DNA of 63,732 nucleotides, filler included, from Chrysochromulina tobinii (Eukaryota), in NCBI GenBank assembly GCA_001275005.1. It is 5 parts of 5 records of this genome, joined end to end, with 100 filler letters (N's around TTAATTAATTAA, not from the genome) between each part and the next. Parts side by side here need not be neighbours in the genome. Positions count along the whole stretch, not along the records: positions 50,796 to 61,504 come from JWZX01001143.1; positions 61,605 to 63,732 come from JWZX01001191.1; 3 more parts are not named here. One strand, written 5' to 3'. The stretch's first letter is position 1. The number at the start of each line of letters is the position of its first letter. Of the stretch, positions 58,342 to 63,732 are shown piece after piece. A model generated the notes under the pieces. The model saw only the letters and a program-made list of their open reading frames with translations, did no database searches and was not told the DNA's origin. Made by a program: the position numbers and the translations under genes.

Positions 58342-61300
58342 TCAGTGCGGAAGGATGTCTTCAACGTCAAGGGAGAGCGACTCGAGATCATCGGAGAGAT
58401 TGTCGTGCGAGGGAGAGAGCAGGGGCTCGCGTGCGGCCACCGGCCGGACAGCCGGCCGTGTGAAGGCCGCGGGGGGCGCCCGACACGACGCGCGCCCGCC
58501 GCCGCCGCCGCTGCCACCGGCGATGCCGCCACCGGCGGCACCTCGAGCACGGGCGATGCCTATGTTGTCGTTACCGTCCTCCTCCTCCAGATCCGGCAGA
58601 TCGCCGATCTCGGTGTCCTCGCGATCTGCCGCGGAGGAGATTGGTTTCGTCATGATGGGTTTCGTCATGATGGGTTTCGTCATGGTGACCATCGGGGTGG
58701 CCGTTGGCGCCGCCGCGGATGAGGACGCAGCCCCCCTCGCGCCGCCGCCGAGGCCGGCAAGGCGGTTGCCTCCCAGTCCTGTGGGAAGTCCTGTGGGAAG
58801 TCCTGTGGAATTGCCGTAGAGGGAGCTAGTGGGATTCCCCTCCTCGGAGGAAAACGAGTCCGCCGCGTCGCCATACCCACCGCCGCCGCCGCCGCCGTAG
58901 GACGAGAGGACAGCACCGAAGCCAGCCCTCTGCATCGCACTCGACGCCGAGGGGTCGCCGGGCGCAGGGGTCGGAGCGGTTGGAGCGGGGACCTCGACGG
59001 GTGCCAGCCCGCCGCCAAGCCCTCCGCCGCCGCCACGGCGCCCCAGGCGCGCCCCGCCACCCAGCCCGCCGCCCCCAAGCCCGCCCCCCCCAACCCCGCC
59101 GCCGAAGCTGCCAGTGCCGCCACCGACACTGCCTCGGTTGACGAAACTCGCGCCGGAGGACGCAGCTGGCGCTGCGGCGGGCGGATGCGCCTCCAGCGGC
59201 TGCTGCATGCGCGCCGTGGCGGGCGCCGCCGGCTTGGGCGTGCCTTCGTTGGAAGTTTCCTCGAAGGACTCCGAGTACTCATCCGCGTCGTCCTGAGCGG
59301 AGTCGACCTCCTGGATCGGCGCCGTCCTGAGCAGCGTCGTCTTGGGCGGCGTGCGAACCGCCGAGGCGGATGACGTGGCGGATGACGTGGCGGATGACGC
59401 GGCGGCGGCGGCGCTGGTGGCGGCGGCGGGTGCGGCGCGCGCCGTGGTGAGCGCCGGAGGAGGCGCCGCGATGGCGCCCGCCGTGGTGAGGCGCCGTGGT
59501 GAGCGCCCCGGCGACGGGCGGTAGGGCGAGTCGGCCGACAGGTCGAGATCGAGCTCCGACGCCACGTCCGAGCCGCCGTAGCTCGCCTCGAGCAGATCAT
59601 CACCACCGGCGTGCCGCCCATCACGGCGCCCCGCAGACGGCGACGTGCGCGGATGCGGCTGCGGTGGCTGTGCCGCGCCCATCACGGCGCCCATACGGTG
59701 GCGGCCGTGGCCAGCGGCGCCGCGGATGGCGGTGGCCTCGCGTGAGGCGTTGCCAGGAGGGGATCCGAGACCCATGCCCGCACGCGCGCCCATTCGGCCG
59801 ACCGGCTGGCCTGCAGCAGCAGCGGCGGCGCCAGCAGCGGCGCCAGCGCCAGCACCACCGAGCGGGCCCGCTGCCAGCGCCGCGGCGGACGGCGCAGGGA
59901 GACGCGCCGTGGCGGGCGCCGCCGGCTTGGGCGTGCCTTCGTTAGAAGTTTCCTCGAAGGACTCCGAGTACTCATCCGCGTCGTCCTGAGCGAGCAGCAC
60001 CTCGGGGAGCGGCTGGCCGGGTTGTGGCAGCACGCTCTCGTTCAGAAACTGGGCGGCCGCGCGCTGGTACTCGGTGGCCTTCGCGCCGGTCGCGGGCGGC
60101 ACAAGCGCCGAGTTGAGCAGCGTACACAGCGCGGAGCGCGCGAGGCCGCCCACCTGATGAGGGAGGCCATCAGAGCTCATCAGTCGCATTCAGTCGCAAT
60201 CAGCGCGGAGCGCGCGAGGCCGCCCACCTTGCTCAGCCCGTGCAGGTACCTGAGAGAGAGAGAGAGGGCGAGGCGCCGTGGTGAGCACGTGCATGCATGG
60301 CAGGCCATCCGAGGCAATCCACGTACTGCACGAGGCGCCGTGGTGAGCGCGTGCATGCATGGCAGGACATCCGAGGCAATCCACGTATGCATGAGGCGCC
60401 GTGGTGAGCGCGTGCATGCATGGCAGGCCATCAGAGGCAATCCACGTACTGCATGAGGCTTCCGAAGAGCCGCCACTCTCCCGGCCCGACCGCCGCACGC
60501 AGCGCGTCCAGCGTGAGCGCCGCCTGGCAATAATACTCGTCGCCAACCTGATGAGGGAGGCCATCAGAGCTCATCAGTCGCAATCAGTCGCAATCAGTCG
60601 CAATCAGTCGCAATCATACTCGTCGCCAACCTTGACGTAGCTGTCGGTGCGCAGGTCGAAGCATTTGAACTTGTCGAGCTCTTCCCGCCCAAACTGCAGC
60701 CGCGTTCGGAGCGCCGTCGCGAGCGCGCCGTTGCTCACCTCCTTGCCCGCCGCCGGTCTCGTCAAACCCGCCTTCACCCACTTGGCGCCGAGCGGCACGT
60801 CCAGAAAGGCGGGCGGCAGCAGAGCGACAGGCCAGCTCATCACGAGAGCGCGCAGGGCATGCGCGCACCTGTGGGGAGAGGGGAGGGGGGCGCGCCGTGG
60901 TGAGCACTTGCATGCAAGGCAGCTCATCACGAGAGCGCGCAGGGCATGCGCGCACTGTGTGGGCGTGAGGGCTCGCAAGCCTCCCGCGCCGTCTCGGCGC
61001 CATAGCTCGAGCGCGCGCAAATGCTCCTGGCGCGCGCTCGGGGGCAGCGCCTGCGAGGAAGGGGCGTCATGGTGAGCGCGTGCATGCATGGCAGGCCATC
61101 AGTGGCACTCCACGTACTGCACGAGGCGTCGTGGTGAGCGCGTGCATGCAAGGCAGCTCATCAGTGGCACTTCACGAACCTGAGAGGCGGTGCGCCACGA
61201 CTGGACCACCTGTGGGGAAAGGGGAGGGGCGCGCCGTGATGAGCACGGGAGTGGACGCGCCGTGATGAGCACTTGCATGCAGGGAGGGAGGGCGATGCGC

Positions 61301-61504
61301 CACGACTGGACCACCTGCTCCGCCTCCCGCCGTGGTGAGCACTTGCATGCAAGGCAGCTCATCCGTGGCAATCAACGTACCTGCTCCGCCTCGCGACGTG
61401 CGACGCTCTCGGGGCGGCTGAGCAGCGTCGCCGCCTGCGCTTGCAGGGCCGCGGCCAGCGGTAGAAGCTCATCGCCATCGGCATTGGGTGGGGTTGGGTG
61501 GGTC
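58342..61504 (-). CDS. Multi-exon hypothetical protein with a low-complexity C-terminus; introns include 60154-60227, 60548-60630, 60869-60955
   Basis: The long terminal exon ORF starts after an acceptor at 60154; upstream short exons are separated by duplication-type introns; internal ~85-nt duplication (AQDDADEYSESFEETSNEGTPKPAAPATAR) at ~59210-59300 and ~59905-59990. Confidence 0.5.
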
Positions 61505-61604
61505 NNNNNNNNNNNNNNNNNNNNNNNNNNNNNNNNNNNNNNNNNNNNTTAATTAATTAANNNNNNNNNNNNNNNNNNNNNNNNNNNNNNNNNNNNNNNN
61601 NNNN

Positions 61605-63732
61605 GAAGCCTGCTGAGCAGAATATCCGTCGCGGGCGGGCATGGCCGCCGCCCCACTGACGAGAGCAGCGACGAGGGCGACACTGACCCGCGAGTTGCTG
61701 CGCGTGCCTCGGCGCGTTGCCTTTTTCGGGCGAGAGTAGACGCTCGGCATAGAAATAGCCGGTGCCGCCCATCTTCCCACTTCGCGAACAGAATCACCCG
61801 GGGCCTTTTCCGGAGTCTTCTCCGGCAAATAGGCCCGCGCCAAAATGCCAAATGCAGTGCCGCGGGGGGGCGCAAAGCGACCCAGGTCACGCCGCACGAG
61901 CCACCCGCGGAGCATGGACTGGATGAAGACGACCGCCGGGAGCATCCGCGACAGTGCCGCCATGTCGACGCGCTGACGAGACTGCCCCTGGAGCACCTCC
62001 ATATCCGCCGCGTTGAACGGCGCCGACATGTCGAGGTTGCGCACACGACCGGCATCGGGCATGCCCTGAATGACGGCCGGGGGCACGACGAACGCCTGCC
62101 GCTGTACTTCGGCCAAGAAGGCCTCAAGCCCATCCTCGCGGGAGAGCGGGTCCGCCATCGAGTTGTCCTCAGACTTGAGCCAAAAGAACCGGATCAAGCA
62201 GTCGAACTTGATCTGCAGGACGAAGAGTCTCTTGAGGAGCAAGTTCAAGCGCTCGGCGCGCGACCATCCGACCAAGACTTCTGCGCTGACTTCTCGAAGG
62301 ATTGGTTGTCAATGCCGAAGGGAATCCACTGCTGCCGCCACGACGGGCCCTGCGACTCGATGCAGTGGACCACTGTGTCGCCCTCCAAGAAGTCGATGGG
62401 CTTCTTCGCGGCCGCCGTGCCATAGCGCCACCAGTCGTACGGGCCCGCGCTTGAGCACCAGCCACCGCCCGCGTATCTCTTTGATCTCGACGCGTCCGAG
62501 TAGACCGACGGCCCCTCCTTGAAGCGGTCCGTCGTGAAATACCCGCGCCCGAGGTTGAGGGACAAGATGTCGTAGAAGAAGCGGTAATCTTGCCGCTCCG
62601 CTCGAGTCGTGCGCCGCTTCTGCCACGCCACTGACAAGCCGATCATCAAGGCAAAGATGTTCGCCAAAAGGCAGCTTGCTCCGGGTGGCATTGACATGAT
62701 CGCCCGACGCAAGCGTCCCGCCGCCTGCTGTCGCTCGAGCAACTACGAGCAACGTCAGCGTCTTGCGCACCGAAAACTCCAGGAGCATATCCATGTACTG
62801 GACCAGCTTGCGCTCCTCGAGGGTCCTCGTGCCCGTGAACGAATCCCACCACAGGCCCAAGAAGAGCTGGACCTGCGACGCCGACTTGTCCTTGATTCTC
62901 TTGAACTGGACGCCGCAGACGTTCTCGGCCCAATCCTGGAACTTCGCCATGCGTGACGTGGTGCCCTTGGCCGTCGCGCCCGTGGCCGCGAGGTCATCGA
63001 CATACACCGTCATCGGGATCGTCAAGGTCTCCGCTGCACGCGCCATATTGAGGACGACGTCGACGAAGAAGATCTTGAACACCCCTGGCATGCCGCGCGT
63101 ACCGAAATCGCCGTTAAGATGACAAAACAGCGACAGCTCCGGGCCTTCCCCACGATAGAAGCGATGGAGCATGAAAGGCCACACCCATGGGGCAAACGGA
63201 AGCATCGGGAACGCCGCCTCGACGTCAGAGACATGCGCCGCGTATCCAGGAAGAAAGCGCCGCGCCATCTCCGAGTAGGAATCGAGCGTATGCGAGAGCC
63301 CCATCATGTCTGTCGCGGCGTTGAGCCCGGTACGCGTATGGTCGTCTGTTGGGCGCCCCTTATCGGGCTCGAGCGGCTTGGCCACCGCCCCCATCGGAAA
63401 GATGAATGCCGAGGGGAACACCTCCCTAATCAGGCGCAACGTGTCGGCCGTCGCCTCGCCCAGATGCAGCGTACGGCCAGCCTCCACGCGGGACTCGGTC
63501 GCCTCGGTCACGCGCGAACGGAAGGCTCCCGTCGCGCTCTCGTAGTTCTTGAAGAATCGATATCCTTGGAGCCGATCAGGATGGAGTCCAACTTCGAAAC
63601 CCCATCGCAGCCCATTGTGCACGAACTCGGCGTGCTTCGCCGTAACAAACCCCATTCTCACAGCCCTCCACATGTTCGACACGAAGGCGTCGTACTTGAT
63701 CGTCACGCCCGGTAGCGAGCACGCGTTGCTCT
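61605..63732 (-). mobile_element. DIRS/Ngaro-like retrotransposon pol fragment (RT + RNase H), disrupted by two frameshifts
   Basis: RT motifs SDVEAAFP, FGTRGMP, VYVDD, FLGLWWDS; RNase H motifs YSDAS, IDFLE, DNQS, NSMADPLSR spread over three frames joined at 62736-62753 and 62261-62274. Confidence 0.75.

Noticed and set aside
60272..61352. Repeat-spacer-like pattern resembling a CRISPR array
   Set aside because: Repeats are degenerate, irregularly spaced and intronic, the intervening sequences are exon copies, the context is eukaryotic and no cas genes are present.

Overview
GC-rich eukaryotic nuclear DNA, most consistent with a haptophyte alga (inferred from Pro/Ser-rich PPSPP repeats, a plastid-targeted FabF with a bipartite leader, a bacterial-type AcnB and short spliceosomal introns). 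It is five unrelated contigs joined by artificial N44-TTAATTAATTAA-N44 spacers (22067-22166, 29756-29855, 50696-50795, 61505-61604). About 25 protein genes can be read, including aconitase B, FabF, GST, D-amino-acid oxidase, two FkbM methyltransferases, an ankyrin-HDAC, an NRAMP-like and an AI-2E transporter, glycosyltransferases, a GH-A-like secreted enzyme missing from the ORF track, and a frameshifted DIRS-like RT-RNase H. The main signal is in the introns. Most of the ~20 I traced by hand share one build: a near-exact 11-36 nt copy of flanking exon sequence, which usually supplies the GT donor, then a strand-polarised filler (CTGATTGCC-type repeats, or a second TGCATGCAAGTGCTCACCACGGCGC family), often ending in a stereotyped GCCTCCCTCATCAG acceptor. 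Several also hold a copy of the spliced exon-exon junction. This looks like a recently active intron-creating mechanism (duplication plus repeat addition) that differs from classical TIR-bounded Introners. All coordinates and splice calls are manual, and no database search was run.
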